From Chlamydiia bacterium (GTDB lineage Bacteria; Chlamydiota; Chlamydiia; Chlamydiales; RGXB01): a stretch of DNA of 64,000 bases. Position numbers and translations under genes: made by a program. The notes under the pieces are model-generated. The model saw only the letters and a list, made by a program, of their open reading frames with translations. It was not told the DNA's origin and did no database searches. Positions 10,185 through 19,943 of this stretch are shown here, piece after piece. Location of the stretch: contig JBEIFH010000001.1 in NCBI GenBank assembly GCA_040382515.1, positions 32,001-96,000 of the forward strand. Direction: 5' to 3'. Each line of letters opens with the position of its first letter. Position 1 is the first letter of the stretch.

Positions 10185-10454
10185 ATGTTCCAGTCTGAAA
10201 TCTACCAACTGAGCTATCAAGCGCTTTTACTGATCCTCATACTTTCCGGACCTCCGATTTTCATTAGTATGATTTTGGGTTTAATTGTTGCCATTTTCCA
10301 GGCTGCTACCCAAATACAGGAACAAACATTGTCTTTTACAATAAAACTCGTTGCGGTGATGTTCACGCTTATGTTTATGGGCGGAATGCTAAGTTCCCAA
10401 ATCGCTCAATTCACCTACACCATTTTACAAAACTTTTCAAAATGGAATGGTTAG
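10185..10454 (+). CDS. sctS: T3SS export apparatus SctS
   Basis: 89 aa with GLIVAIFQAATQIQEQTLSF..KL. Confidence 0.96.
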   Translation: MFQSEIYQLSYQALLLILILSGPPIFISMILGLIVAIFQAATQIQEQTLSFTIKLVAVMFTLMFMGGMLSSQIAQFTYTILQNFSKWNG

Positions 10455-11245
10455 ACCCCTTCACCTGGACACAGATCCTAAATATCTATCTTCTCGTTCT
10501 ATGCCGCTTAGGTCCCATAGTCGCCCTTACCCCCTTTTTAGGGGGGAAAATTATCCCCGCTTCGACAAGGGCAGGCCTCTTGGTTATTTTAGGTATTTTG
10601 TTTCTCCCCTATGCAGGCCTCAATAGCGCCCCCGACGAAGCAGTGAATTTTTTTACTGTGTTCTATGCAGCAAAAGAGATCTTTATCGGTTTTATTATCA
10701 GTTTTTTAGCTTCAATCCCCTTTTTCGTAGCGCAATCTGCCGGCATCATCATCGATTTTGCCCGCGGATCATCCCAACTTATGGCGCAAGACCCTACGCT
10801 GCAGAATCAGGCATCGCCTATCGGAATCATGTTCAATTATGTTCTCATTGCCCTTTTTTTTATGGTGAAAGGCCCCGAACATTTCTTCGATGCAATCGCC
10901 TCTTCATTTGAAGCTTTCCCCCTTTTAGGAACTCTTGCACCCGAGCTTGTTGCTTTAAAGGGTGGGCTTTGGGTAGCAATAACTGCAATTGTCCAAGTTG
11001 TTTTTACTTTATCATTAAAGTTGGCAGCACCGGCTATAATCGCTATCTTAATGGCAGAGATGTTTTTGGGGATTGCCAACCGTTTGGCACCTCAAGTGCA
11101 AATCGCTTTTCTAGGGATGCCTCTTAAGTCATTCTTAGGCCTTCTTCTGTTATTTGTCGGCTGGTATGCAATTCTTGGAGACATGAAAGAGCTATCGGAG
11201 CAAATGTTGGCACAAATAGATTTTTTCTTCATAAAAAAAGCTTGA
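10442..11245 (+). CDS. sctT: T3SS export apparatus SctT
   Basis: KEIFIG, AGIIIDFARG, LGIANRLAPQVQI..LGMPLKS. Confidence 0.95.
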   Translation: MEWLDPFTWTQILNIYLLVLCRLGPIVALTPFLGGKIIPASTRAGLLVILGILFLPYAGLNSAPDEAVNFFTVFYAAKEIFIGFIISFLASIPFFVAQSAGIIIDFARGSSQLMAQDPTLQNQASPIGIMFNYVLIALFFMVKGPEHFFDAIASSFEAFPLLGTLAPELVALKGGLWVAITAIVQVVFTLSLKLAAPAIIAILMAEMFLGIANRLAPQVQIAFLGMPLKSFLGLLLLFVGWYAILGDMKELSEQMLAQIDFFFIKKA

Positions 11246-11402
11246 ATTTTTTAACAAAAAAAGTTCCGCGTTTATTTTTTAAAATAGCCCTTTAAAGAAA
11301 AGGACAGGGGTATTTTTATAAACAATCTTATTTAAAAATCCAGAACAAAAACAGAAATCGATCCCTAACTATATTTACAGACCATTTTTTTATCCAATCC
11401 TG

Positions 11403-11432
11403 TTGACAGTATTTTGACAGGCATACTAAGCT
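11403..11432 (+). promoter_or_regulatory. promoter of the first porin gene, containing an 11-bp-period direct repeat
   Basis: TTGACA-18 bp-TAAGCT, with a second TTGACAG 11 bp after the first. Confidence 0.55.
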
Positions 11433-11483
11433 ATTTTTACGCATTATTATTTAAGACTTCAAAAATATACAAAGGGAGAACTT

Positions 11484-12629
11484 ATGATGGAACTCAACTT
11501 TCGCAAGTTGTGGACTGTTCTAGGGGTAGCATGTTTGAGTGCTAACCTCGCAGCGGCCCCCGCTTCTAGTAGCAGCTCATCTTCTTCATCTTCACAGATG
11601 AACAACGCAGACCAATATGCTATGGCATCCGGACTCATGTATGCAGGTCCTCAATTGGGTGAAGATGCAACAGGAATTTCTCTTGGTGCAGATTACATTC
11701 TTTGGCAGGTTGTACAAGAAGGTCTTGAAACAGTTTCTAGCAACTTCAACGTTGACGGAACTCCATCAACAATTTCACAAGGCAGCACAGGTTTTCCAAA
11801 ATTTAAACTTTTAAACGGGTTTAAAGTCCATGGGCAAGTCACGATTGCCGAGTGCGATGATGTGGATCTATTCTTGCAATACATCTGGTTGCAAAGAACC
11901 TCAGGACAAAACACAGGAACAGGCGGAAATAACACATATCCCCTCTTTTTCGTTGATCCAAATGATCAGATGGTTGTCACTGCAGAGTTTGCTTCAACAT
12001 GGGGATCATCGTTCAAAACATCTTACAATGTACTAGACCTGGAGATGGGGCGTTTGACCTCTTTTGCTAGAGATTCCTTTAGTGTAAGACCTTTCTGGGG
12101 TATCAGAGGAGTTTGGAACACCCATACATGGATTCCTACTTACACAGGGGTGCTCGGGGCTAATATAGCTTTAGCTACTGCTAACACAATTAGCTCATAC
12201 CAAAATACAAGCGGTGCAGGGGTAAGAGCAGGTCTCAATCTTGCTTGGCAATTTTTTTCTAACAGTGAATATTTTGGTGGCCTAAAAATCATCGGTATGT
12301 CTGCGTTGTCAGGTGTATATGGAAGAACCTATGTGGACACTACACAGTACACAACACCTTCAGCTCCTGGTTCTACAGGAAATAATTTTTATACCAACCG
12401 TTCCTCTCTGAATAGAATGGTCCCCATTGTGGATCTCTCTATCGGATTGAGCTGGAATATGAGCTTCGGCGGAGAAAGGGATAACGACTATAATCTTGAA
12501 ATCCATGCTCTTTGGGATACACAATCCTGGATCGGATATGGAAAACACCTTTCCGCTTACTGGATTCCACGTGGACAAACCAACCTTACAGTTCAAGGTT
12601 TCACAATTGGTGCACAAATCATGTTCTAA
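11484..12629 (+). CDS. MOMP-like (Lpg1974-type) outer-membrane beta-barrel porin, copy 1
   Basis: Signal peptide, poly-Ser linker, ADYILWQ..EGL, YNVLDLEMGR, RPFWGIR, WDTQSW, terminal QGFTIGAQIMF (BAM signal). Confidence 0.8.
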   Translation: MMELNFRKLWTVLGVACLSANLAAAPASSSSSSSSSSQMNNADQYAMASGLMYAGPQLGEDATGISLGADYILWQVVQEGLETVSSNFNVDGTPSTISQGSTGFPKFKLLNGFKVHGQVTIAECDDVDLFLQYIWLQRTSGQNTGTGGNNTYPLFFVDPNDQMVVTAEFASTWGSSFKTSYNVLDLEMGRLTSFARDSFSVRPFWGIRGVWNTHTWIPTYTGVLGANIALATANTISSYQNTSGAGVRAGLNLAWQFFSNSEYFGGLKIIGMSALSGVYGRTYVDTTQYTTPSAPGSTGNNFYTNRSSLNRMVPIVDLSIGLSWNMSFGGERDNDYNLEIHALWDTQSWIGYGKHLSAYWIPRGQTNLTVQGFTIGAQIMF

Positions 12630-12651
12630 TCTTTTGATAAAGATAAGAAGT

Positions 12652-12680
12652 AAAAGCCGAGGTAAAACTCGGCTTTTTTA
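12652..12680 (+). terminator. Rho-independent terminator
   Basis: AAAAGCCGAG-gtaaaa-CTCGGCTTTT followed by a T tract. Confidence 0.85.
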
Positions 12681-12793
12681 TTTTTATTGAGTCTTTTTGT
12701 GGAGTGGGCTTCTTAACAGATTCCGTTTCAAATATAATTTGCAATCTACATCAGAGTTTTTTATACTTTGCGAGTACTGTTTAAGATTTCTTA

Positions 12794-13852
12794 ATGCTAA
12801 TAAAAAAAATTCTATCCCTACTTCTCCTTCCCATCCTGAGTTTGTATTGCGGCAAAATCGCAACCGATCCCCTATTTTGTGGCATCAAGGCTCTTTACCC
12901 ATCTCTTCCCCCCTTCTGGGAAATCAAAGCGGATTATCTTCTATGGCAAGTGAATATGGAGGGGTTAGATCTGGCAGCAGACAACGTCTATATCGACTTC
13001 TTTCCTCCACCTGTCAGAGGGCGTACCTACGGTGTAAGCTTCCCTTTCAAAAGTGGTTTTCAGATTTCACTCGCTAGAACTTTACCCAATCCCGAAGCGA
13101 TCAAACTTGAGTTGATTTATTCTTGGTTGAATCCCTCACAAAAGGAATCTATATCCCAGGACCCTGTTGTACACACATTTCCGTTTTATTCTGTAAAACC
13201 TTTTGAAAAATCTCCAAACGATACTATTTTTGTTATTGAACATTCTGCTTCTTTTGAGTCTTATTACAACGTATTGGATACGCAATTTACTAGGCAGAGT
13301 TGTCTTACCCCATTTTTTATCATTTCCCCTTTTTTAGGGATCAGGAGTTGTTGGCAGACTCAAAATTGGAATACTGATGAGGAGATGTTCACACAAAATC
13401 CTGTAATTTCGCACTACCTCTATAATTACTCACAGACCTTTCAGGGGGCCGGTGTTTTGGCAGGTTGTTATTTTGAAGCCCGGTTCTTTAAAAACTCTCA
13501 TTACCTAAAAAACCTTGCTATCATCGGAAAAACGGGTTTCTCAGGTATGTTAGGCAATATCAAAATTGATTCTGTTTTAAGTGCCACCTCACACGGGACA
13601 AATCTTACCTACTCAAATGTAGGAAAGTCTATTTTCGCCATCGTCCCGGTTTTAGATCTAAGCATAGGCTTGCGTCTCGACTCCTGTTTTAGTCCTAATA
13701 AAACACTAGTGGAGGAGATTTATTTGGAAGCTTTGTGGAACACCCAGTCCTGGATAGGATTGAATAAGATGCGCCTTTGTTTGCAGCTTTCTCCTCAATC
13801 GGTAAATATGAGTGTCCAAGGATTGACAGTTGGCGCAGGGATGATTTTCTGA
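12794..13852 (+). CDS. MOMP-like outer-membrane beta-barrel, copy 2
   Basis: Same motifs as copy 1: ADYLLWQ..EGL, YNVLD, PFLGIR, VPVLDLSIGL, WNTQSWIG, QGLTVGAGMIF. Confidence 0.78.
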   Translation: MLIKKILSLLLLPILSLYCGKIATDPLFCGIKALYPSLPPFWEIKADYLLWQVNMEGLDLAADNVYIDFFPPPVRGRTYGVSFPFKSGFQISLARTLPNPEAIKLELIYSWLNPSQKESISQDPVVHTFPFYSVKPFEKSPNDTIFVIEHSASFESYYNVLDTQFTRQSCLTPFFIISPFLGIRSCWQTQNWNTDEEMFTQNPVISHYLYNYSQTFQGAGVLAGCYFEARFFKNSHYLKNLAIIGKTGFSGMLGNIKIDSVLSATSHGTNLTYSNVGKSIFAIVPVLDLSIGLRLDSCFSPNKTLVEEIYLEALWNTQSWIGLNKMRLCLQLSPQSVNMSVQGLTVGAGMIF

Positions 13853-14862
13853 TGAAAAAAAGTTTCTTTGTCTCTTTTCTTTTTTTTATATCTGGATTTT
13901 GCGCAAAAGAATCGGATACACAAATAAAAAGGGTGAGGCCTATTTTGATAGAGGCCGATTACACCCGATTTGAAATGGATCCCCCTTTCTCATCCGGATA
14001 TGTTGTCTTTCAAAATCCCGCCGAAAGATCTAGCCCTTTCGAAGCCCATGCGCCCTCAGCAAGGAAATTTTCCGGGTTTCAATTGAGATATGAACACCCG
14101 CTTGATACGGACGGAGTATTTGCCTCTTACCGCTCTTTTATAGCAAAAAGGGCACCCCCCCGTATCGATAGACCTCTTCATCCCTCCAGAGAAGCAATTG
14201 CCAACCATTTTGACCTGAACCGAAACTACCCTATCGATAAAATCACTTTGACAAAATACCAAAACAGCTTCCTTTTCAATGTTGGTATTCTAGACGCCTT
14301 GATTGGAAATAGCTACAGCACTGAGCGTTGCGGTTTTTTGATTGAACCCCTATTCGGGATTCGTGCGGCTCAAATTTCCCAGCTTTATGACAAAAGAATA
14401 AACTTTCTTTTCTTAGAAGGTCCACCTGTTGAGGAGATTAGGAATTATTCCAGCTATCTTGAGTATGGTATTTTTGGGCCTCAAATGGGGTTCAGGATGG
14501 ATATTGCCCCTTTTTCTACAATCCCCCTTTTTGATTCCATAAAGATATTTTCTCAGGTTCAAGGCGCTTTTTTATACGGAAATTTAGAGCTCTGCAATCA
14601 CTATTATGTCTTGAACGGGTCAAAGAAAATTCCGATAATCGAGCAAAAAAATCAGATCAAATCGGGGATTCCCAATATCGAATACGTTATTGGATTGAAA
14701 ATCCATCCCGATCTCTACTACTGTAAAATTGCCCTAAATGTTTCCCGATACACGCAAGTCTGGATCAAAGCGGACAAAAGCTTTATGGGCACCTACGATT
14801 ATACAGGGGGCGATAACATCAGTATCACCGGATATTCTCTAGGTGCAAGTATTGATTTCTAG
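13852..14862 (+). CDS. divergent MOMP-like outer-membrane beta-barrel, copy 3
   Basis: TGATG coupling to copy 2, signal peptide, EADY, PLFGIR, FGPQMG, TQVW, terminal GYSLGASIDF. Confidence 0.65.
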   Translation: MKKSFFVSFLFFISGFCAKESDTQIKRVRPILIEADYTRFEMDPPFSSGYVVFQNPAERSSPFEAHAPSARKFSGFQLRYEHPLDTDGVFASYRSFIAKRAPPRIDRPLHPSREAIANHFDLNRNYPIDKITLTKYQNSFLFNVGILDALIGNSYSTERCGFLIEPLFGIRAAQISQLYDKRINFLFLEGPPVEEIRNYSSYLEYGIFGPQMGFRMDIAPFSTIPLFDSIKIFSQVQGAFLYGNLELCNHYYVLNGSKKIPIIEQKNQIKSGIPNIEYVIGLKIHPDLYYCKIALNVSRYTQVWIKADKSFMGTYDYTGGDNISITGYSLGASIDF

Positions 14863-14890
14863 CCAAACGGGCTAAATCCATCAATTTCTT

Positions 14891-16105
14891 TTATTTGAAT
14901 GAGAACTTGGAGATGACCTTATCGAATGATGAAACAAATTCCTTCAACTCATCCAAGTAATTGTATACTCCAAGTGAAATCCTTAAAAAGCTACTTGCTT
15001 GAAAGTAGTCTAAAGCCCCAAGGGCACACAACGAACCGCTTCGGACCTCAACGCCCCTCTCCCCCAAAAGAAGCGCCATATCCATCGGATGCACCCCTTT
15101 TAAAGACATCGTTACAATCGTGTCGCTTTCTTTAGCGCTTAAAAGATGCACATGCGAAAATCGGGCTAATTCCTCTCTATAGCTCTTTGCCAAAGAAGGC
15201 AGAGCTTCAGCTTTGGCCTCGAAGGTAGGGGTTGTTTGGAATTTCAAAGCCTCTTTCCACCCTATGATCTGCGCGATCGGAGGGGTACCGGTTTCGAATT
15301 TCATAGGTGGTTCTTGAAAAGACATCTTTGATCCGATCTCCAGAATCATCTCTCCCCCAAAAAATACAGGCTCAAGGCGCTCTATGAACCTGCTAGAGAT
15401 ATAAAGAGCCCCTACCCCAGTCGGGCCGTACATTTTATGGGCAGAGAATGCGAGAAAATCGATTTGTGAACGCCCCACGTCCAGTCTCTTATGCGCCATG
15501 CTTTGTGCCGCATCTACGATAAAAATCCACCCCTGCTCCTTGCAAAGGCGTCCAATTCTATCTAAATCCTGCTCAACGCCGGTCACATTTGAGACGTGTG
15601 CTATCGTCAAAGCGCGCACTTTTGAAAGATCAGTCAAAGCTAAAGAGTCAAAATCGATCCCCCCATCCTCAAAGATCGGCAATTTCCTAATCTTGAGAAA
15701 TCCCTTCTCCTCCAGCGCCTTGAACGGCAAAAGATTGGCATGGTGTTCCAAAGGAGAAATCAAAATCTCATCCCCCTTTTGGAGCAACTGGAGCAAAAAC
15801 TGGGCCGTTTGGTTTAAACCATCGGTTGTCCCTCTGGTGAAAACAACACCTCTAGCATCCAAGGCCCCTATCCTCTGTTGAATGAGCTCTCTTGTTTCCA
15901 AACACCCTTCAGTCGCCCTTTGGGCCCTTGGATAAAGGGAGCGATTCACAGTGGCATACTCGTTTAAGTAAAACTCGGACTCCCGCTCAACCACACATCT
16001 CGGCTTCAACGAAGTCGCTGCCGAGTCGAGATAGAGAACTCCACCCCTTTTTAAAAGAGGAAATTGCTCTACTAAGGCAAGGTCCAAGTTCTCTAAAGCT
16101 TGCAT
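14891..16105 (-). CDS. sufS: cysteine desulfurase SufS
   Basis: YLDSAATSLKP, FTRGTT, EHHAN, DAAQS, SAHKMYGPTGVG, RSGSLCA. Confidence 0.92.
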   Translation of the reverse strand: MQALENLDLALVEQFPLLKRGGVLYLDSAATSLKPRCVVERESEFYLNEYATVNRSLYPRAQRATEGCLETRELIQQRIGALDARGVVFTRGTTDGLNQTAQFLLQLLQKGDEILISPLEHHANLLPFKALEEKGFLKIRKLPIFEDGGIDFDSLALTDLSKVRALTIAHVSNVTGVEQDLDRIGRLCKEQGWIFIVDAAQSMAHKRLDVGRSQIDFLAFSAHKMYGPTGVGALYISSRFIERLEPVFFGGEMILEIGSKMSFQEPPMKFETGTPPIAQIIGWKEALKFQTTPTFEAKAEALPSLAKSYREELARFSHVHLLSAKESDTIVTMSLKGVHPMDMALLLGERGVEVRSGSLCALGALDYFQASSFLRISLGVYNYLDELKEFVSSFDKVISKFSFK

Positions 16106-16968
16106 GGGCTCCTCTTGTCTGCCAGTAAAGCTACCCGGCTGCGGATTTCACCTAGAAAAGACTCTATCAAAAGAGCTTTTGCTCTTGATTCAGAAAATCC
16201 TCTCGATAAAAGATAGAATTGATCCTCTTTGGAAGGCTTGGCAATAGTTGCCCCGTGCGTGGCTTTCACATCATCATGAAAAACCTGGATCCCGGGAGAG
16301 GTCCTCGCTTGGGCTTGGTCAAAAACAATATTGTTGTTTTTCTGGAAGCTTTCAGTTTTGTGCGCCCCTTTTGCGACAAAGATCGATCCCTCAAAAGTGG
16401 ATCGGGCAGACTCTTCGACCACCCCTTTAAAAAGCTGATTGGAACGGGCATAGGAAGCTTTGTGCTCTACTAACACATCCACTTTAATGGTCTCTCTATC
16501 ACACAAATGCCAACCCCCTAAAAGATCGACCTCTGCCCCTTCACCCTCAATAGAGGCAACAATAGACTCTTCAGTTTTGTCTACCTCCTGGGTCCAGCCG
16601 GCATGCAGAATCTTTGCAGATTTTTTCGCAGTGTAGCGGCTCTTGAAACCCAGTTTTGTTTTTTTATTTGAAACAGTAGCTCTTTGAAAAGAAGCCCCCT
16701 CCTCCAAATACGCCGTAATTTCAAATTCTCCTTCACAATCGGGAATCACCAGGCAGCAAAGCTCCGCATTCTTTGAAAGATAAAACTCATATTTGCCCGG
16801 CAAAGCGATCTTTACAACTTCCCTTGAACAAAACTGCTTCGGGACAAAAATAAATTCGGCGGCTTCTACCTCCCTATTTTTGAAATACAGGGGGAAAAGA
16901 TGGACCGCCTCAGCGAAAGGATGACTCTCAAGGCCTTCGGGGATGGTATTTTTAGCAACTGCCTTCAT
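16093..16968 (-). CDS. sufD: Fe-S assembly protein SufD
   Basis: SNQLFKGVV, FEGSIFV, DDVKATHGAT, FYLLSRG. Confidence 0.9.
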   Translation of the reverse strand: MKAVAKNTIPEGLESHPFAEAVHLFPLYFKNREVEAAEFIFVPKQFCSREVVKIALPGKYEFYLSKNAELCCLVIPDCEGEFEITAYLEEGASFQRATVSNKKTKLGFKSRYTAKKSAKILHAGWTQEVDKTEESIVASIEGEGAEVDLLGGWHLCDRETIKVDVLVEHKASYARSNQLFKGVVEESARSTFEGSIFVAKGAHKTESFQKNNNIVFDQAQARTSPGIQVFHDDVKATHGATIAKPSKEDQFYLLSRGFSESRAKALLIESFLGEIRSRVALLADKRSPCKL

Positions 16969-17689
16969 AGCCTTGCGCCTCAAGTATTTTAGCTAAATCA
17001 CTGTTTCCGGAACGGACAATTTTACCGCTTTGCATCACGTGGACAACATCGGGCTGCACAAAATCCAAAAGTCTCTGGTAATGGGTAATCAAAATAATGC
17101 TGCGATCTTTAGTTCGTAACTTCTCAATGGCTTGCCCTACAGCTTTCAAGGCATCGATATCTAGCCCCGAATCGGTCTCGTCCAAAATAGCGAGGCTAGG
17201 CTCAAATAGGGCCATTTGAAGAATTTCACTCTTCTTTTTTTCCCCGCCTGAAAAATTTGCATGCAGGTCCCTTTCAATCAATTTCGGATTGAATTTGACC
17301 AGTTCCATTTTCTCCTCAAGCAGCGTGTCGAATTCTTGATCGGAAATTCCGTCCAAACCCTTTTGCTTTCGATGCAAATTCAAAGACTCTTTTAAAAAGT
17401 TTTTTGTGTTTAAACCTGCGATCTCCAAAGGGTACTGAAAACTTTTAAAAACCCCTTTCAAAGCCCTGGCATTTGGCTCCATTCCCAAAAGATCCTCATC
17501 TTTGAAGGTGATGGATCCCCCTAAAATCTGGTACGAGGGATGACCTGCTAGAACATTAGACAAACTGGACTTGCCGGCACCGTTAGGGCCCATAATTGCA
17601 TGCACCTCATTTGCCCCTACTTTAAGCGAAAGGCCGTTCAGGACTTTTTTGTCGTCTACAGATACCTCTAAATTGTCGATGATTAACAT
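16952..17689 (-). CDS. sufC: Fe-S assembly ATPase SufC
   Basis: GPNGAGKS, FQYPLEI, FSGGEKKK, LDETDSGLDIDAL, ITHYQRLL. Confidence 0.97.
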   Translation of the reverse strand: MLIIDNLEVSVDDKKVLNGLSLKVGANEVHAIMGPNGAGKSSLSNVLAGHPSYQILGGSITFKDEDLLGMEPNARALKGVFKSFQYPLEIAGLNTKNFLKESLNLHRKQKGLDGISDQEFDTLLEEKMELVKFNPKLIERDLHANFSGGEKKKSEILQMALFEPSLAILDETDSGLDIDALKAVGQAIEKLRTKDRSIILITHYQRLLDFVQPDVVHVMQSGKIVRSGNSDLAKILEAQGYEGSC

Positions 17690-19098
17690 TATCCTACGGA
17701 TCCTTCTAACTTGATCATTAATAACTTCTTTGCTTCCTGTGCGAATTCCAGGGGTAATTCTTGCATCACCTCTTTACAAAAACCGCTGACGACCATGCTT
17801 ATGGCCTCCTCCTTATCGAAGCCGCGCGACTGCAAGTAAAACAGCATCTCCTCATTAAGCCTGGAGGTGCTCGCCTCGTGTTCTATCTCAGCAGTGGAGT
17901 TTGTCGATTCAATCGTCGGAAACGTGTGGGCCGAACATTTTGTATCCACCAGCATAGAATCGCACTGTGTATAATTTCTTGCGTTTATAGCTTTTGGAGC
18001 TACCATTACCAACCCTCTATAGGTATTCGAAGAACTGTCGGCAGAAATCCCCTTCGAGATGATTGTCGATTTTGTATTTTTACCTATGTGGATCATTTTT
18101 GTTCCGGTGTCGGCCTGCATTTTTTTGTTTGTCAGAGCTACAGAATAGAATTCTCCGGTCGAGTGGTCCCCTATCAGAATGCAGCTGGGATATTTCCAGG
18201 TAATACTTGATCCAACTTCGACCTGAGTCCACGATATCTTAGAGTAAGCACCCAGGCACTTTCCCCTTTTTGTCACAAAATTATAGACGCCTCCGTTCCC
18301 TTCTTCGTCTCCGGGATACCAATTTTGCACAGTCGAATATTTGATTTCGGCCCTCTCCATAGCAACCAGCTCCACAACGGCTGCATGCAACTGCTTCGAA
18401 TCAAACGAGGGGGCGGTGCAACCCTCCAAGTAGCTCACATAGGAGCCTTCTTCGGCTATGATTAAAGTCCTCTCAAATTGACCGGTATTCTCCTCGTTGA
18501 TTCGAAAATAGGTGGACAGCTCCATCGGAGAACGGACCCCTTTGGGGACATACACAAAAGAGCCGTCACTGAAAACCGCGGCGTTCAAAGCGGCAAAATA
18601 ATTATCTTCGACCGGGACAACAGATCCAAGATACTTGCGCACAAGATCAGGATATTTTTGCATCGCTTCCGAGATAGAGCACAAAATGACACCCGCTTCT
18701 TCAAGTTTTTTCTTGAAGGTTGTCGCTATCGATACCGAGTCGAAAACAAGATCCATGGCTACATTAGCTAATCTATGTTGCTCCTCCAGTGGGATCCCCA
18801 GCCTCTCGTACGTCTTTCGAATTTCCGGATCCAACTCCTCGATTGAGTCAAGCGTGGGCCTATTTTTCGGCTCGGCATAATAGCTTATTTTTTGCAGATC
18901 AATAGGATCAAAAGAAAGATTTGCCCAATTAGGGGGGGTCATTTCAAGAAATTTCTTGTATGCGTTCAGCCGAAATTCGAGCATGAACTCGGGCTCATTC
19001 TTTTTTTGGGAGATCCGACGGATCACCTCTTCGTTCAAGCCGATCTCAAAGACCTCGCTCTCAACGGCAGTTTTAAAACCAAATGGATAGTCACTCAT
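17689..19098 (-). CDS. sufB: Fe-S assembly protein SufB
   Basis: [49 protein letters not shown]. Confidence 0.97.
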   Translation of the reverse strand: MSDYPFGFKTAVESEVFEIGLNEEVIRRISQKKNEPEFMLEFRLNAYKKFLEMTPPNWANLSFDPIDLQKISYYAEPKNRPTLDSIEELDPEIRKTYERLGIPLEEQHRLANVAMDLVFDSVSIATTFKKKLEEAGVILCSISEAMQKYPDLVRKYLGSVVPVEDNYFAALNAAVFSDGSFVYVPKGVRSPMELSTYFRINEENTGQFERTLIIAEEGSYVSYLEGCTAPSFDSKQLHAAVVELVAMERAEIKYSTVQNWYPGDEEGNGGVYNFVTKRGKCLGAYSKISWTQVEVGSSITWKYPSCILIGDHSTGEFYSVALTNKKMQADTGTKMIHIGKNTKSTIISKGISADSSSNTYRGLVMVAPKAINARNYTQCDSMLVDTKCSAHTFPTIESTNSTAEIEHEASTSRLNEEMLFYLQSRGFDKEEAISMVVSGFCKEVMQELPLEFAQEAKKLLMIKLEGSVG

Positions 19099-19107
19099 CA
19101 GTGAAAT

Positions 19108-19137
19108 ATTTTACTCAAGTCAAGCTATCCCTGTCAA
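19108..19137 (-). promoter_or_regulatory. promoter of sufBCDS
   Basis: TTGACA-18 bp-TAAAAT, 9 nt before the sufB ATG. Confidence 0.6.
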
Positions 19138-19191
19138 TCAATAGGGGTATAAAAAAAATATTTTAGATTTTTGAGCCGGCTTTAGTATTTT

Positions 19192-19929
19192 CTAAATGGA
19201 GATTTTACAAGCCATCTGCTCAAGTTTTACAAGATCTTCAGGAACATCGACCCCGTGGATAGCTTCCGAGGTTTCAAACACCTCGATCGGGATTCCGTGG
19301 TATAAAGGGGTAAGCTGCTCTAAAGATTCCGCACTTTCCAAGCTTGATCTAGGCAAAGTAGAAATTTTTTTTAACGCCTCCGGCGTATAAGCGTAAAGGC
19401 CAACGTGTCTATAATAGGCGCTATTGCCGGTATTATCCCGGTCAAACGGGATGACAGACCTTGAAAAATAGAGCGCCTCTCCATGCCAATTTGTAACAAC
19501 TTTTACAATCTGGGGAGCATGAAGCTCCTCCAGCGTCTCTATTTTACGCTTCAATGTCCAGATCCGGCACCCTGCATCCCCTTCCCCTTTAAGGAGAGTT
19601 TGAAAAACTGTTTTGTTCAAAAGGGGTTCATCCGCCTGGACATTCACAATCTTATCAGCCGTAGGCGCGCCGTTTTCTAAAGCCTCTATAATCCTCTCGG
19701 TTCCATTTTGGGGATTTTTGGAGGTGAGATAGGCGGGGGCATTGAAACTTTTTGCCAAATCGACCGTTACGGGATCGTCGGCTAATATGATGACAGAGTC
19801 AAATAAATCTGACTTCTTAGCATTTTCGTAGGCCCACTGGAGCAAAGGCTTTCCGAGAAAATGTTTTAAAATTTTATTCTCAAATCGGGTGGATTTGAGT
19901 CTTGCAGGGATATAAGCTAACGTTTTCAA
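19192..19929 (-). CDS. kdsB: 3-deoxy-manno-octulosonate cytidylyltransferase (CMP-Kdo synthetase)
   Basis: IPARLKSTRF..K, GTERI, VNVQADEP, ALYFSRSVIP, RHVGLYAY, LE..ESLEQL, GVDVPEDL. Confidence 0.95.
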   Translation of the reverse strand: MKTLAYIPARLKSTRFENKILKHFLGKPLLQWAYENAKKSDLFDSVIILADDPVTVDLAKSFNAPAYLTSKNPQNGTERIIEALENGAPTADKIVNVQADEPLLNKTVFQTLLKGEGDAGCRIWTLKRKIETLEELHAPQIVKVVTNWHGEALYFSRSVIPFDRDNTGNSAYYRHVGLYAYTPEALKKISTLPRSSLESAESLEQLTPLYHGIPIEVFETSEAIHGVDVPEDLVKLEQMACKISI

Positions 19930-19943
19930 CTGATCTTATCGAG

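Noticed and set aside
7319..11245. T3SS cluster lacking sctU, sctV, sctN and sctC as a novel reduced system
   Set aside because: Chlamydial T3SS genes are normally split over several loci, and sctJ-x-L-R-S-T is the standard block.
14891..19098. suf operon without sufA or sufE
   Set aside because: A sufBCDS core with accessory genes elsewhere is common.
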